Positions 35,680 to 48,367 are shown, counted from the first letter of the stretch. The stretch: 64,000 nt of DNA from Octopus sinensis (GCF_006345805.1 NC_043012.1:13206001-13270000), one strand, 5' to 3'. Notes: generated by a model from the letters alone, not told the origin. Translations and numbers: made by a program.

Positions 35680-37964
35680 AGAGACAAATTTAACTGGGGT
35701 AAAATGTGTCAGACAAAATAAGCTAAATTTGTTTGTTCCCTCCTCAAGAATTACATTTGCAAAAGAACCATACACGTCATTAGATATCAGGTAGATCAGA
35801 CATGCAACAAAAAATTAAAATATGTAGGTCATATGTAAAAGGATCATGGAAAAACAGCACATGATATGAAATTAACGAACCATGACTAAATCTAAGAATT
35901 CAACTAAATGTTATCTATAGCTTCTTCACAATGTGCTGGAGTGACTCTCGTCATGATATATTTAAACGCCATGCAGTTAAATGATAATTATTAAAAATAA
36001 TCATTACACATTTCCCCCAGTTTTAGACATCACCTTTTGAAAACGGAAAATTATCAAATAAGACATTTGTGAGTGAAACATTGACTTGGAAAACAACAGA
36101 GAAAAAAATATCTATTGTTAAAAACCAAAACTTATGCAATCTCAATTACAATCGACTCAAAATTGATGAAAAATTTCTTGAAAAATATGTTCTTGTACGT
36201 GATTATGTTCCAAATTCAACTTAAGCAACAAATAAGATTACGAAGTTTTGCTCCCTAAAATGATGCAACCGTAAAAAATGATGATGCAATACTTGTAATG
36301 CTTCCGATAGACAGGAAATGAATAACGAAAATTCAGAAATTACTCATTTAACCTTAGTTGCTAATTTTTTACCCCATGCCCTCTAGATGTTCTGGTAAAC
36401 GCAGCTGTAAAGTAGCATTACAGTTTACCTCACGATTTCTTTCACTTTTGATGGTAATTTAAATTTGTTTAATGAAACAAATCGTCAGTCGGTTTTCGTA
36501 AACGGTGAATTTTTGTAAGTTACCGTATTCTCAGCTGACTTGGTAAGTCGTCTTAGAATGCAAAATATTTCAACATAAATTGCATTTTCCACTCCTACCC
36601 GATAATGATTATTATAATTTAACATGATGTTGAAAATACAACCAAGAAACAAATTCTGCATTTCCTTTCCCATTTACTCAAGATATTTTCAGTTGCTACA
36701 ATTTCCAAAAGGTTTGTGATATTTTCACGACGGTACGGTAGCATCAAATATATTTCGTTGCCCATTTGACATGATTATGAGAAATTTCCGTCAAATGTTC
36801 GGTAAGGAATTTTTGAATAACTAGCAAATGTTATGTTAAATGACAAGTACACAATTGAAAACTTGGCTGATGTATTGTAATGTCTCCCAGATAAACGATG
36901 TGATTCTTCATAATCTTTTGTTCTTGAACATTTTGCAACCTTTAACACGTATTATGTCTGGGAAAATTATTTACAAATATGAAATATATCCTTTTATATG
37001 ATATCGCTACTAAATTGACTACAGGAGTCAGAAAAGGTGAAATATATTAAATAATGTATTCTCACTTGGCTGCTGAAGAAATTCGGATGCTGTAGGTTTT
37101 TAGAAAGTATGTAGGAGTTTATATATGTTTATGCTGCAATAATTAGCTATATGAAGCAAATTTAAATATTGATTTGTTCCTATGAGGTTTATATGATCAT
37201 TGCTTATTCTATATTTTCGCACTTCTTGGCAAGAGATAAATAACTTGCAATCTGGTCCACCTCACACAAAAATAACCACTTTACACTTTAATGTACACTT
37301 CTATATTAATGAATATAAATTGTGAAAATTTAGTTAATATATCTGGAAAGTCAACTGGCTACATCAAATCGCTTTCTCGTTTAAGGAACTTTGTAACAGA
37401 ATGTGTAGTATTTATGTAACTAAAATATTTGTACTGGTAAATTAAATCTATGTAACTGATGATTTCCAGAGAAAGAGAGAGAGAGAGATACATGTTCCAT
37501 AAAATCAATGGAATTGTTTATTTGCATATTTTAATCTAGATAGTTTGCATTTTGAATTAAAATGATTTTTGTAGTATTCTAAGAGTCAATTAAGATAATT
37601 AAGTTTCACATGCAGATATTAAATTTTCATTTCATTGAGTTGTGTTGCAAGTAAAGTAATACAATTTTAGTAAAGCTAAATCAAAAGAGGGTATATGAGG
37701 ACGTAAAAGAAATTATTGGATAATCGAACGCTATTTAAACATAACCTCACTTTCACTTAAAATTTATACAAGTACTAAATTCAATATCTTCACTTAAACT
37801 CTTGTAATTTCGAAAGTGGACAGGGACGGCTTGACCCGTACCATTCAAATAAATGCCGTCAACTCAATTAACAATTATATCCACACTAATATATATTATT
37901 GTTGTTATCCACGATTTAAATCTATAAATATATAGATAACTGTGTGTATGTCTCTCTCTCTCTC

Positions 37965-38018
<54 letters not shown>

Positions 38019-38069
38019 CTATAATAATTATGAATTAATTATGAACTTTTGGATTTGCCATTTAAAGGA

Positions 38070-38620
38070 TTTTTTGTTGGCTACCCATATTATTTTTGTT
38101 ATTATTGATTTTACTAATGATAATAATTAATAATAATATGTATATAAATATGTTCAAATATTTATCCATTTAGTAATTTTATTCACAGGCACCGTTTTTT
38201 AATTTGGCGCTAGCTTTTCAATGGTTACCAAGCACAACGAATCGAGTAAACTTTTTACCTCTAGGTATATAGTGAGACCTGCTGCTGAGAATTAAGGAAA
38301 TTAAACTCTCTAAAAGGATATCGATTTCCTCATTATATTGCTTTCTGCCGAGCTGTTAAATTGATTTCTTTGCTCGTAGCCCCATTCCTGTTGTAGTTGC
38401 TATTTTTTCAGTGATTGGTGGTTTTCTTAGAGGTTTTGTTTTTACTCTACTTTTACAATAATGCTGGCAGCGCGTGAGCTCTAATATGATTATAAATGAA
38501 TGGGCTTCACATTTATCAGCCTATATTATTGTTGCTATTATTCATTTCGCGAATGATAATAATTAATAATATCTATATAAATATCTTCAAATATTTATTC
38601 CTTTCGTAATTATACATTCG
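38070..38620. repeat. local direct duplication (38070-38187 and ~38510-38620)
   Basis: Shared ATATTATT.TTG.TATTATT.ATTT..C.AATGATAATAATTAATAAT...TATAAATAT.TTCAAATATTTAT. Confidence 0.8.
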
Positions 38621-38622
38621 CT

Positions 38623-38724
<102 letters not shown>

Positions 38725-39417
38725 ATATATAATATATATATATATAAGTGTACCGATGTGTACTGCCTAACCTGTTGGAAGCGTACCGTGATTTACAACT
38801 TTCATTTGCCTTACCACGCAGATCTACAACAGAAATGAGTAGTAATGTGACCTTACATGGATGAAATGTCAGAAATGCGAATAAGAACAATGAAGCAGGA
38901 GTCAACAGTTATCTCTGACGATCGATCAATCAGCATAAATATTATTAGAAAATATAAAAAGTATATTTGGTATTTTAAGATTTATAGTTCAAACACGCTT
39001 TTAATCAAATCACTTGGCAGGATTACAAGATTATTTGTTGATAATTAAACAATCTTATTAAATTAGTTCATCAGTGCTTCGCAAAAAGTACAACGCAGTG
39101 TAAAGTTTTTCAACATAAATTTCCGTAATGTAAATAACTGACACCACGTGTGGAAGCTGGAGCGCGGGGCATCGGGAGAAATTAAACAGATGATATAAAA
39201 ATTAAGGTCACAGTCATAGCAGATACATATGCTACAATGATAACACTGATAACCATTTCCATTCATGCATAACAGACACGGTAGGAGGGAGCACACACCC
39301 ACAAAGACGTGTAAACAAGACAATAACAGTATCAATAACCCAAACAAAAGCATCAACCTAAAATCTATTGGCCCTGTATGATAATTTAATTAGAAAATAA
39401 ACAGTTAGCAAATGAAA

Positions 39418-39682
39418 ACATACAGATCAGGTCGTGAGAGGACGTCCGTGTCTGGGACCATATCTTACAAGATGAGGTACAACATCTTTCTCGGACAGTT
39501 TATGCCGAAGCGATTCGGCATTTTGGTGTGGTGTTCTTAAAGCGTGCAAGACTCGCGGACGTACAGTAAGGTAGGCAATACAATTTCTTGGTACAACTTC
39601 AAATTGGTGGTCAGCCTAACGCCGCTTCTCTTCCACACTAACTCAGTAGCTGTCTGAATAATGACTTTCTCTGGCTGATGTG
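39418..39682 (-). pseudogene. RTE-clade LINE RT C-terminal fragment
   Basis: VWKRSGVRLTTNLKLYQEIVLPTLLY.RESCTL...N...RK.L.....D.VPDTDVLSR matches the RTE post-RT region. Confidence 0.75.
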
Positions 39683-40217
39683 TGTGGATTTCAGCATTAT
39701 TGTTCTCAGATCTCTCTCTTTATCACACACACACACTCTCTCTTTCTCTCTCTCTTTCTCTCTTTCCCTCTCTATCTCTCTCACTGACACGCAATATATA
39801 TATATATGTCTGTGTATGTGTGAGTATGTGTGTGTATGTGAGTTTGTGTGTGTGTGGCGGAGCGTTGGTGTGTTGGGTTTCTATATGTTCGCTACTCCAC
39901 ACACTTAAATATAAGTAATGTATGGCTTCTCCAAGCCTACAATAATAAATTATGCCAATACTTTCTGTCTATTTATAGGTGAATATATTAGTTCTGTAAC
40001 CTAAGAAATGTAGATCCTTTTAAAGGTGAGGTTATTGTCTGAGACCAAGCGATTTAATGAGGAAATATTTTCAGTTAACCTAAGACCTTCATGATTAAAT
40101 GCACGCAAACACACGCGCACACAGTCTCAGTCATATACATTTGCATAAATACGCATAGGAAGATACATAATTGTGTGTGTGTGTATATATATCTATATAT
40201 ATATATATATATATATC

Positions 40218-40395
40218 CTTTTACTTGTTTCGGTCATTAGTTTCAGGTCAAGCTGGAAACCGTCATAAGTGAACTTAGGTTTTGTAATGCCTGGTACTTA
40301 TTTCAACGTCTCGTTCGCCTAATTGCTATGTTATGGTGACTTACAAACACTTTAAGCATGTGTCGGGCGGTGGCGAAAGACAAATGCTCACACGC
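40218..40395 (-). mobile_element. SINE family A, degenerate tail
   Basis: CTTTTACTTGTTTCGGTCATT...CCTGGTACTTATTT. Confidence 0.6.
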
Positions 40396-40723
40396 ACACA
40401 CATAAATAAATTAGTAAATTGTCTGGGAATATGAAATAAAAGCATAATCCATTTTAAAATCCAATCTGCTTCATTTCATTTATTTGATGAAATTTATAGA
40501 ACATTGTTTAACAAACTGAGTGTGGTGTTATTTCTTTATATACATATGGCTTCTGTCAATTCTCTTTTAACAATTCAGCTCACAAATACTTGGCCAACCC
40601 GCGGCAATAGAAGACATATGGCTGAGATGTCCGAAACCATGACTCCGGGAAGCAAACTTCTAAACATACAGCTACTACTGCGCCTTCTAAATATATGTAT
40701 GTATATATGTATGTGCCTCTGTC

Positions 40724-40751
<28 letters not shown>

Positions 40752-40754
<3 letters not shown>

Positions 40755-40955
40755 AGTTAATCCAAACAAGAAAACAAAACAGACAACAACGCGAGGAGGT
40801 GGAACAATTAAAGTATTATTAGGCGCACAGGAAAAAAGGGAAGAAGGAGGGTATGACGTTTCGAGCGGAGCTCTTCGTCGAAAACATAGGAGAAAGAAAG
40901 ATCCCGAGGTGGGAGGACAGAGGGAAAACAAAGGCAAGTGGTCTTCACGAGGTCA
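40752..40955 (-). mobile_element. solo Penelope-like terminal repeat carrying a minimal hammerhead motif (40850-40890)
   Basis: Minus strand TGTTT-TCGACGA-A-GAGC-TCC-GCTC-GAAAC-GTC-ATAC; lies between (TA)n and (TG)n tracts. Confidence 0.7.
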
Positions 40956-41039
40956 ACATACTAATGTGTGTGTGTGTGTGTGTGTGTATGTGTGTATGTG
41001 TGTGTGTGTATGTGTGTGTACACACATACACACACACAC

Positions 41040-41431
41040 ACAGAAGTAGCTTTGTGGTAAGAAGCTTACTTCGAAACCACATGGATCTGGTTCAATCTCT
41101 TCGCGTGGCACATTGAGAAAGTATCTTTTACTATACCCGCGACCCTGCCAAAGCCTTGTGAATGGATTTGGTAGATGGAAACAGAAAGGAACACGTTGAT
41201 ATATATCTGTGTGTGTGTGTAAGTCTGTATCTGTTTTCGTCCCCTCACCAACGCTTGACAACAGATGTCGGTGTGTTTACGACCCGGTAAGTTAGCGGCT
41301 CGGTCACAGAGACACATAGAATACATACTAGGCTTATAAAGAATATGTCCTGGGGTCAAGTCGTTCGACTAAAGGCGGTGCTCCAGCATGGCCACAGTCA
41401 TATGACTGAAACAAGCTAGATAATAAAAGAA
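41040..41431 (+). mobile_element. SINE family A, near full length
   Basis: GTGTGGTAAGAAGC head, GGATTTGGTAGATGGAAAC, and GGCGGTGCTCCAGCATGGCCACAGTC tail. Confidence 0.88.
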
Positions 41432-41458
41432 TATATATATATATACACACACACACAT

Positions 41459-41569
<111 letters not shown>

Positions 41570-41570
41570 T

Positions 41571-41641
<71 letters not shown>

Positions 41642-43190
41642 CATCCTCAGTCTAGAGGTTAACATAGTCTTCATTTTAGAATATATAATAGTTTGAATTC
41701 GATAACCCCAATCATTATTTCTCTTATCTAGTTATTCAAAACCAGTTACTCAGATATTATCGGATTAATTTCGAATAGTAAGTAGATAATTTTAGCTGAT
41801 AACATTCTGTACATCGATTTATTGCACTACTTTATTATCTCACCATTTTAAAACGGAAACTATTCTTTAAAACAGAAGCGTATATAATTTAATTTTCGCT
41901 AAGCGCTGACAATAAAATAAAGAATTTTAGGCATTTTTCTGAATTGACAAACAGTATGCAATTCGATGAGTTTATCTAATCTTTGTTCGTGAAAATATAA
42001 TACGTGTGTAAGTGTGTGTGGGTGGGTGTTTGTGCGCATGTACATATATATATATATATATATGAATATGGTACTTAAGTTGAGGCACAAGAATTTAGTA
42101 CGGTATTATCCATACAATTTCAAAGTAAAGTGATTAAAATCAAAATAAACAAGGATATCATGAAGTAATGCAGTACGATCGTTTCATGCAACTCCATTTA
42201 ATTGAACAATGCAATCATTACGTCAATTTAAAATGTAGAGCAATTTTCAGCTGTACAGACATAGAATTTAATTAAATTAGAAAAGATGGACACATTAGTA
42301 TAATTATAAATAAAATCTCCAAGAAGTTAAGGAGCTAGACAAAGAACATGCTGCTTCTACCTCAGCACAAAAGTTACTAAAATTATCAAGAAGACTCTGC
42401 CTGCCACTGATTTTTTGTCTTTATGGGGTCAGTCTTAATTTATAGACTAGTTTATAAAATACCTTTTATATCTAAGGCTGAGAGAACAGAGGGCAGTATC
42501 TGAGGTAGTAGACAGATATTCTAGTTGGTATAGTAAAAAAAATCAAGATTTATTGTAAGGCTTAGTAGGGGAAAACTTAAAATAAGATGTTAGCTGATAA
42601 TTAATGGGGTCGCCCAGTAGCAGGCTATTGATAATGAAACAGAAGTCTTATCATAAGGTACTATTAGTTAGATATCTTAAACAATGTTGCTATGTAAACA
42701 GTTAAAGTTTAGGGTCATTCAAGGGATTATTAAGAAGAATATTATAACAAAAGGATAAAAATTTATGAATACTTTTGAGTATATACAAAACTTCTTACCA
42801 CAATAGAGGGAGGAAAATAAATTATCCAGAAATAGTTTAATATTTATACATATTGTATACTTAAATACTAACTCATGAGATGGTCTCTGTGAATATTGAT
42901 TTATTGGTATATAGTGGTATCAATAAAGAAATTTTGGGGTAAAGGAACATGCTAATTATATATTCAAAAAATTTTAATCTAAGCCGTATATTTTTTTTAT
43001 AACTACTGGATGTACCAGTATAGTTTTATATAAGCTAAGTATGAAATTGTAGAGATACAGAATTAGATTGATTTTATAAATAAAGGCTGAGTATATAATA
43101 ATAAAGAAAGAAATAAAATAGTCACTTAGGGCAAAACACCATAGAAAAGGAAATAAAATAGCTTCATTACTAATACTATAGTAAAGTATA

Positions 43191-43917
43191 AGTTAAGTTA
43201 ATTATTTGGCTCAAAAAGCAAAAAGCAAGGCCATGTAGGGAGACATGGAGTTATGTACAGGGTGGTATTCATGCAAAGAGTTCAGGCCATTTGTGGTCAG
43301 GGGAGACTTTGAACCGAGCGGTCGTCGGCATCTTCAATATCTCGTCCGGCAGCTTATTCCGCGGATCCGCAACCCAGACGGAGAAAGCCCCTCTCCTTCG
43401 ATTGAGATGAAATCGTCGCAGATAGAGCTTTTCGGAGTGACCCCGCAGCCGACGCTCTGGAACAGGAGTGAAGAACAGCTCTTTCCAGAGGTTATACTTT
43501 CCGCTTATGATGTTGTGAGCAAGAATGAGAACACCACGGCGTCGTCGTTTTTCTAGAGAATAAAGGTCGAGCGTCCTCAGCCTTTCTTCATAAGACAAAT
43601 GCTTGAGACCAAGAACCGTGCGGGTAGCCAGGTTCTGGACTCTTTCGAGATGTTGTATGTCTTTGAGGAGATAAGGAGAAGAGGCCTGAATCCCGTACTC
43701 CAATATGGGTCTCACCAGCGTGACATAGAGCGGTAGGAATATGGCTGCTGTGAGCATTCCGAATGACCGTCGAATCAAAAACAGAGCTCCGCGTGCTTTG
43801 TTGGCAGCATGGACGCACTGGGCCGAAGGCGAAAAGGAAGAATCCACCAAGATGCCCAGGTCCTTTACCTGGTCGTATATATAGCTTGTTAACACCAGTA
43901 GAGACGATTTTAAGAAG
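43191..43917 (-). mobile_element. 5'-truncated CR1-type LINE (ORF2 C-terminus, 3' UTR and short TAACT tail) with candidate 7-bp TSD AAGTATA
   Basis: DQVKDLGILVD...LYVTLVRPILEY...LERVQ..ATR....LSYEERL..LDLYSLEKRR.RG...LRGH, a classic CR1 C-terminus. AAGTATA at 43184-43190 and 43918-43924. Confidence 0.92.
43269..43878 (-). CDS. CR1 ORF2 C-terminal region (post-RT), still open
   Basis: The 208-aa ORF in the track; homology starts at DQVKDLG. Confidence 0.85.
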
Positions 43918-45604
43918 AAGTATAATAATACAAAATATATTAGACTAAAAATGATATATTTACTTATTTAGCTATTATCAATAAAAGACTGATGTTTGGT
44001 ACCGGCTAAAGGAATATTCAAGTTATGGAGCAATAATATTTTACACTAATCATTTTTTTAAAATTAAGGTTTATGTTATAGGTATAAGAAGTTATTATTG
44101 TTACTTGCTACATGATATTTATAGTTTCTTAGTGGTATTTTTTTAGAAGGGTTATTTATATAGAGACCCTTATAAATAATAAGTTCAGGAGGGTAGAGCC
44201 ATTTAAGAAAGAGCTAACTCAAGTAATTTCTAACGATCATTTCAAACAATATTGTCTTATTTTATAAAGTTAAAATTTAAGGTAATCAAGAAGATAATTA
44301 AGAATGAAATTTTAACAAAAGGATAAAAGTTCTTTGGATATTGTGAATTTATACCAAAATGTTTTTCACAATAGAGGGAGGAAAAGAAAATTCCAAAGAA
44401 AGAGTTTAATATTTATTTACTTATTACTTATCTAAATATTAACTTATTTTTAAAATATTAAAATATTGTTTCTATGGATATTGATCAAATGAGTTTAACT
44501 GGTATTTAGTAAAGGGGAGGCAACTGAGGTTAAAGAACATGTCAACTATAAACTGATTTAATTTAAATTTAAATATTTTAATGTATAAAGATACCGGTAT
44601 TACCTTATATAAATTTTGTACGAAATTAATAGGGGTACAAGGATTAGATTTATTTAAGGCTACTATAAAATAACAATAATAATAATAACAAAAATGATCA
44701 GTTAGAGTAGAGCATCATGGAAAAGGATTAAAAACAGCCTAATCACTAAGAACCATAAAATATCCATACCATTTTAACTCCAACAGCAAGTATTTATAGA
44801 AAATGTATAATAATTTATGAGCTAAACCGGGTTGAAAAATAATTGTTGTTAAAAGGAAATGCTAATCGTATACTAATTTTAAATTAAGAGGTATATGATT
44901 AGCATTTCAAAAGTTATTTGTGCTAATCCATAAATGATATTACAGTTTCTAAGTCGTACTTAATTAGAAGGGATGTTTGTATAAAGCCAATATAAATACC
45001 AATACTAAAACTATTTTAAGCAACAAGTCATTATTGTATAATGTTAAAATTTAGGGTTATAAGGAAGATTTATCATTTAAGTGAGAGAACAAATTTTCTA
45101 TAAGTTAGTTAAATTATAATTAAGGCAGTATAATTTAAAATTTTGAAGATACTATATTGTTTTTTATACTCCAAGTACAGATCTATATGGGTTTTATGTT
45201 TTATAAATGTAATTATAAAGTATTAAAATTATCGGGAAGTGTAGAAACATCATAGAAAAGGATATAAATAGCATAATCACTAAAATCATGATGAAGTATA
45301 TATACAACTTAGTAACCTCAATAGAGAAGATTTATAGAGAATATGTAATAATTCAGGTATTTAAAATTAAAAGTTGTTTCTTTAATTAGCTTGTGTCTTT
45401 AATCACTGATACCTACTAAAAGAAAACTTAATGCTGTAGTGAATTCTCCAATGCACTGATTTTCAACTAAGAGGTATATTATAAGTTTTAAAACTTAAGA
45501 TCAATAAAGTGCTACTTTCTAAAATATTTGAAGGTACAGGTTGTACTATGTACACATGATACCCTAAGGGCTAATCAATTATTAATCAAGTTGTCATTAC
45601 CTTT

Positions 45605-45770
45605 ATGTTTGAAACTTTTATCTGTCTCCATAGCTCAGAGCCATTTCTGCTATTTGTATAAGGCTGAGCGTTCCTTATCATTTCCCATTTCAGGCCAAAC
45701 TCAATTCCAATTTCTTTCAATTCTCAAATCTTACTGGATAATGACGTACAATTCACTTTGCATTACCTCT
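45605..45770 (-). pseudogene. Penelope-like element ORF C-terminal relic
   Basis: TSLSSKI*ELKEIGIEFGLKWEMIRNAQPYTN resembles the T.LS..IW.LK.....I.W.I...A.PY motif after the PLE GIY-YIG domain. Confidence 0.6.
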
Positions 45771-46099
45771 GTGTATCCTCGTTGGTTATTTTCATATTTA
45801 CATATGCATATAGGTATATATACACATGTATATATGTATGTGTGTATCTGTGTTTGTCAGTGGTTGTGTGTGTTTGTGTGTGTATGTGTACCTCAACTGA
45901 TTCACATGTAAATTCCGTAATTTCCATTTTTCCTGAAGATATTTGAATCACAATCTTAACAAAAATGCAAAATTATTTTATGATATATGCATCGAGCGTA
46001 AATTAAACCATTGTAGGCAATGTTATTTAATTAAAAATTAATTTATATCCCTTATATATATGTATATATATATCCCTTATATATATGTATATATATATA

Positions 46100-47574
46100 G
46101 GTGAGAAAGTTGGTGTGTGAAAGCACGTGGTTAGATATATAAAACATAAAAAAGAGTGAAAAAACTACAGAAGGCTTGTTTTATAAAGTTAAAGAATATA
46201 TTTAAGTCGTTATGTTAGAAAAATATAAAATTTTGTGTACAGTAAAATAGTTTTTGGAGAAAAACCGGTTTCGTGTAAAACTTTTCAATTTCTCAAAGTT
46301 CTTTACCTACATCGTGTCATGTCTTCGTTATGAAGTGTAAAGAAGAGTTCCAGGCAGGGGGAGGTAATAAGGGATTTCTTCCGGTATAAGGGAGATAATC
46401 CCTTTATTTATTTATTTTTTTAATGGAATGAGTTTCTCTGTATAAGGATGTCAGGATGGTTAAGTTCAAGCTTATATTTTTCAATGAAGAATGTTTCTTT
46501 GTTTAATCTAATTTGTGTTGGTGTTCCAATAGCACATTGATAGAATGGAAAGATTAAAAATTGTGGTAGTAGTTGTTTTGCGCATTTCTCAATATGCGCA
46601 CTAAAAGGTATCATTCTGTATTCTGGGAATGCAGTCAATTGTTGATGCAGAGTGCATCTGCGTCTGGGTGATAATCCCGTGGACCCTACGTAGTTTTGGT
46701 ACGAGTATCTTATGACATAAAGTATGTTTTCAGAAGCACAATTAAAATTAGATCTGATCTTGAATTTTTGTCCCTCTTTGAAAAGGAATTCTGATCCTTC
46801 TAGAATGTTTGGGCATGTTGCGCAGTTTGGTCTACCACATTTTTTTACTTTTGCATCCGTAATTTCAGAAAACAATTTTGCCTTTATGAGAATCTTTTTA
46901 AGTGATTTAGGTTATTTGCAGCTTTTAATGATTTTATGTGTGTTTAGAATTTCCTTTAATTTGGGGTCCTTATGAAGTATTGGTAAATTCTAGGTGATGA
47001 TGGTGAAGGCTTCTTTGTTTTTGGAGTTGTATGTGGAAATGTAAGGTAGTATTTTCGGGGAAGGTGTGTTGTGTTGCACTTTTCTCAAAGTTTCTATGTC
47101 GATTTCTGTTGCACGTCTGATCCCATCCTCTATGAGCTGAGCTGGGTAGTGTCTGTCAATTAGGGTGTTTTTGAGTTATTGTAGTCTAAAGTTCCTGGTA
47201 TTTTGTTCTGACACTATTGTGCATATCCTTCTTGCAAGATTGAAAGGGATGTTTGTTTTAGTGTGTCTTGGGGTGGCATGAATCAACAAGTAGGTATTGT
47301 TTGGCGTCTGTGGTTTTCTAAAATATGTCTGTTTCTATATTTAGGTTAATTTTCTTAATCAGTATATCTAAGAATGGAAGCTCCTTTTGGTTGTACTCCA
47401 TTGTGAACTGTATATTTGGGTTGATGCTGTTCAATAGGTTTTTGAATTTTAGGAGTTTATCTGTGTTTTCATTCCAGAGTATAAAACAGTCGTCCAGGAA
47501 TCTTTTCCAATTCTATTTTATGTATTGAGAAATTTGAAAGTGCTATAATTGAGTATGCACACAATCTATTCTGT

Positions 47575-47580
<6 letters not shown>
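46100..47580 (-). mobile_element. Penelope-like retroelement: RT C-terminal half, Cys knuckle, GIY-YIG endonuclease and 3' terminal repeat with decayed hammerhead
   Basis: WKRFLDDCFILW...IQFTME...LPFLDILI...DSCHPRHTKTNIPFNLARRI, then KCGRPNCATC...NILYVIR...YVGSTG...R...HQQ...ETFFIEKYKLELN*. Some stops and frameshifts. Confidence 0.92.
46420..46875 (-). CDS. Penelope GIY-YIG (Uri) endonuclease domain with upstream C-x4-C-x2-C motif
   Basis: The 151-aa ORF in the track; it is part of the disrupted PLE ORF. Confidence 0.85.
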   Translation of the reverse strand: MFSEITDAKVKKCGRPNCATCPNILEGSEFLFKEGQKFKIRSNFNCASENILYVIRYSYQNYVGSTGLSPRRRCTLHQQLTAFPEYRMIPFSAHIEKCAKQLLPQFLIFPFYQCAIGTPTQIRLNKETFFIEKYKLELNHPDILIQRNSFH

Positions 47581-47641
<61 letters not shown>

Positions 47642-47720
47642 TTAATGTAGGATAAATTTTTTCGAAAAAAACATTTATCAATGGCCAGCTTATTAAAAAA
47701 TACCTTTTGAAGGTTAAATT

Positions 47721-47871
47721 TATAAACAACTTATAAATAAAGGCAAACGAAAAAATTTCTAATGCCAAATATGCCGAAAAAATAATTATGAGGTTATGGA
47801 CAAGGTGTCTAATTTCGGTATATTTGGCATTAGAAATCTTTTCGTTTGCCATTATTTATAAGTTGTTTATA
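47721..47871. mobile_element. ~150-bp foldback MITE with ~58-bp inverted arms
   Basis: TATAAACAACTTATAAATAAAGGCAAACGAAAAAATTTCTAATGCCAAATATGCCGAA / TTCGGTATATTTGGCATTAGAAATCTTTTCGTTTGCCATTATTTATAAGTTGTTTATA; TA at both ends. Confidence 0.8.
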
Positions 47872-47883
47872 TATATATGTATA

Positions 47884-47980
<97 letters not shown>

Positions 47981-48279
47981 GTATGTATGTATGTATATAA
48001 AGAATACATACATACATACATAGATATATAGAAAATGTACAAAACTTGCAATGTAAACTTTTTGTATGAACTCTGTTTGCAGAGAAAGGAAGGGTGAAAG
48101 GAAAATCAGATGTAGTCAGCAAATAATATGGGTGAATATGGACTGCTAGCGTAATATGGATTGTAATGAATTGCCGTCAAAAGTTTAGATGTGTAGGAAT
48201 GTGAAGAAGGGTAATATTAGGTGTGCAGTAGGAGATAGCAAATGCGCATATGTGTGCGCGTGTGTGTATGTGTGTGCAC

Positions 48280-48367
48280 AGGTGCAGCTGTGACTGTGTG
48301 GTAAGAAGCTACCGTCGCAATCACATTGTTCAGTATTATGCCCCACAGCTGTAACAACTTGAGCAAA
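48280..48367 (+). mobile_element. SINE family A head
   Basis: GGTGCAGCTGTGACTGTGTGGTAAGAAGC...ACATTGTTCAG. Confidence 0.7.

Larger units (their letters stand above)
42300..45500. repeat. old tandem triplication of a ~0.8-kb AT-rich unit, interrupted by a CR1 insertion
   Basis: Markers recur three times: CAT(A/G)GAAAAGGA at ~43140, 44715 and 45251; TTTA(G/A)GGT..T.AAG at ~42710, 44277 and 45050. CACAATAGAGGGAGGAAAA occurs at ~42799 and 44367. Confidence 0.8.

Noticed and set aside
36485-36790. Cluster of GTAAG donors and a minus ORF with a GPCR TM5-like word (IYVEIFCILRR)
   Set aside because: No consistent exon chain and no other GPCR motifs.
42300-45500. Possible NUMT, alternative-genetic-code insert or GPCR pseudogene array (TGG/TGA at an aligned Trp; an ALSD motif)
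   Set aside because: No mitochondrial gene motif was recognised, and there is no DRY or NPxxY in a consistent frame. TGG>TGA can arise by ordinary decay. Kept only as an unexplained triplication.
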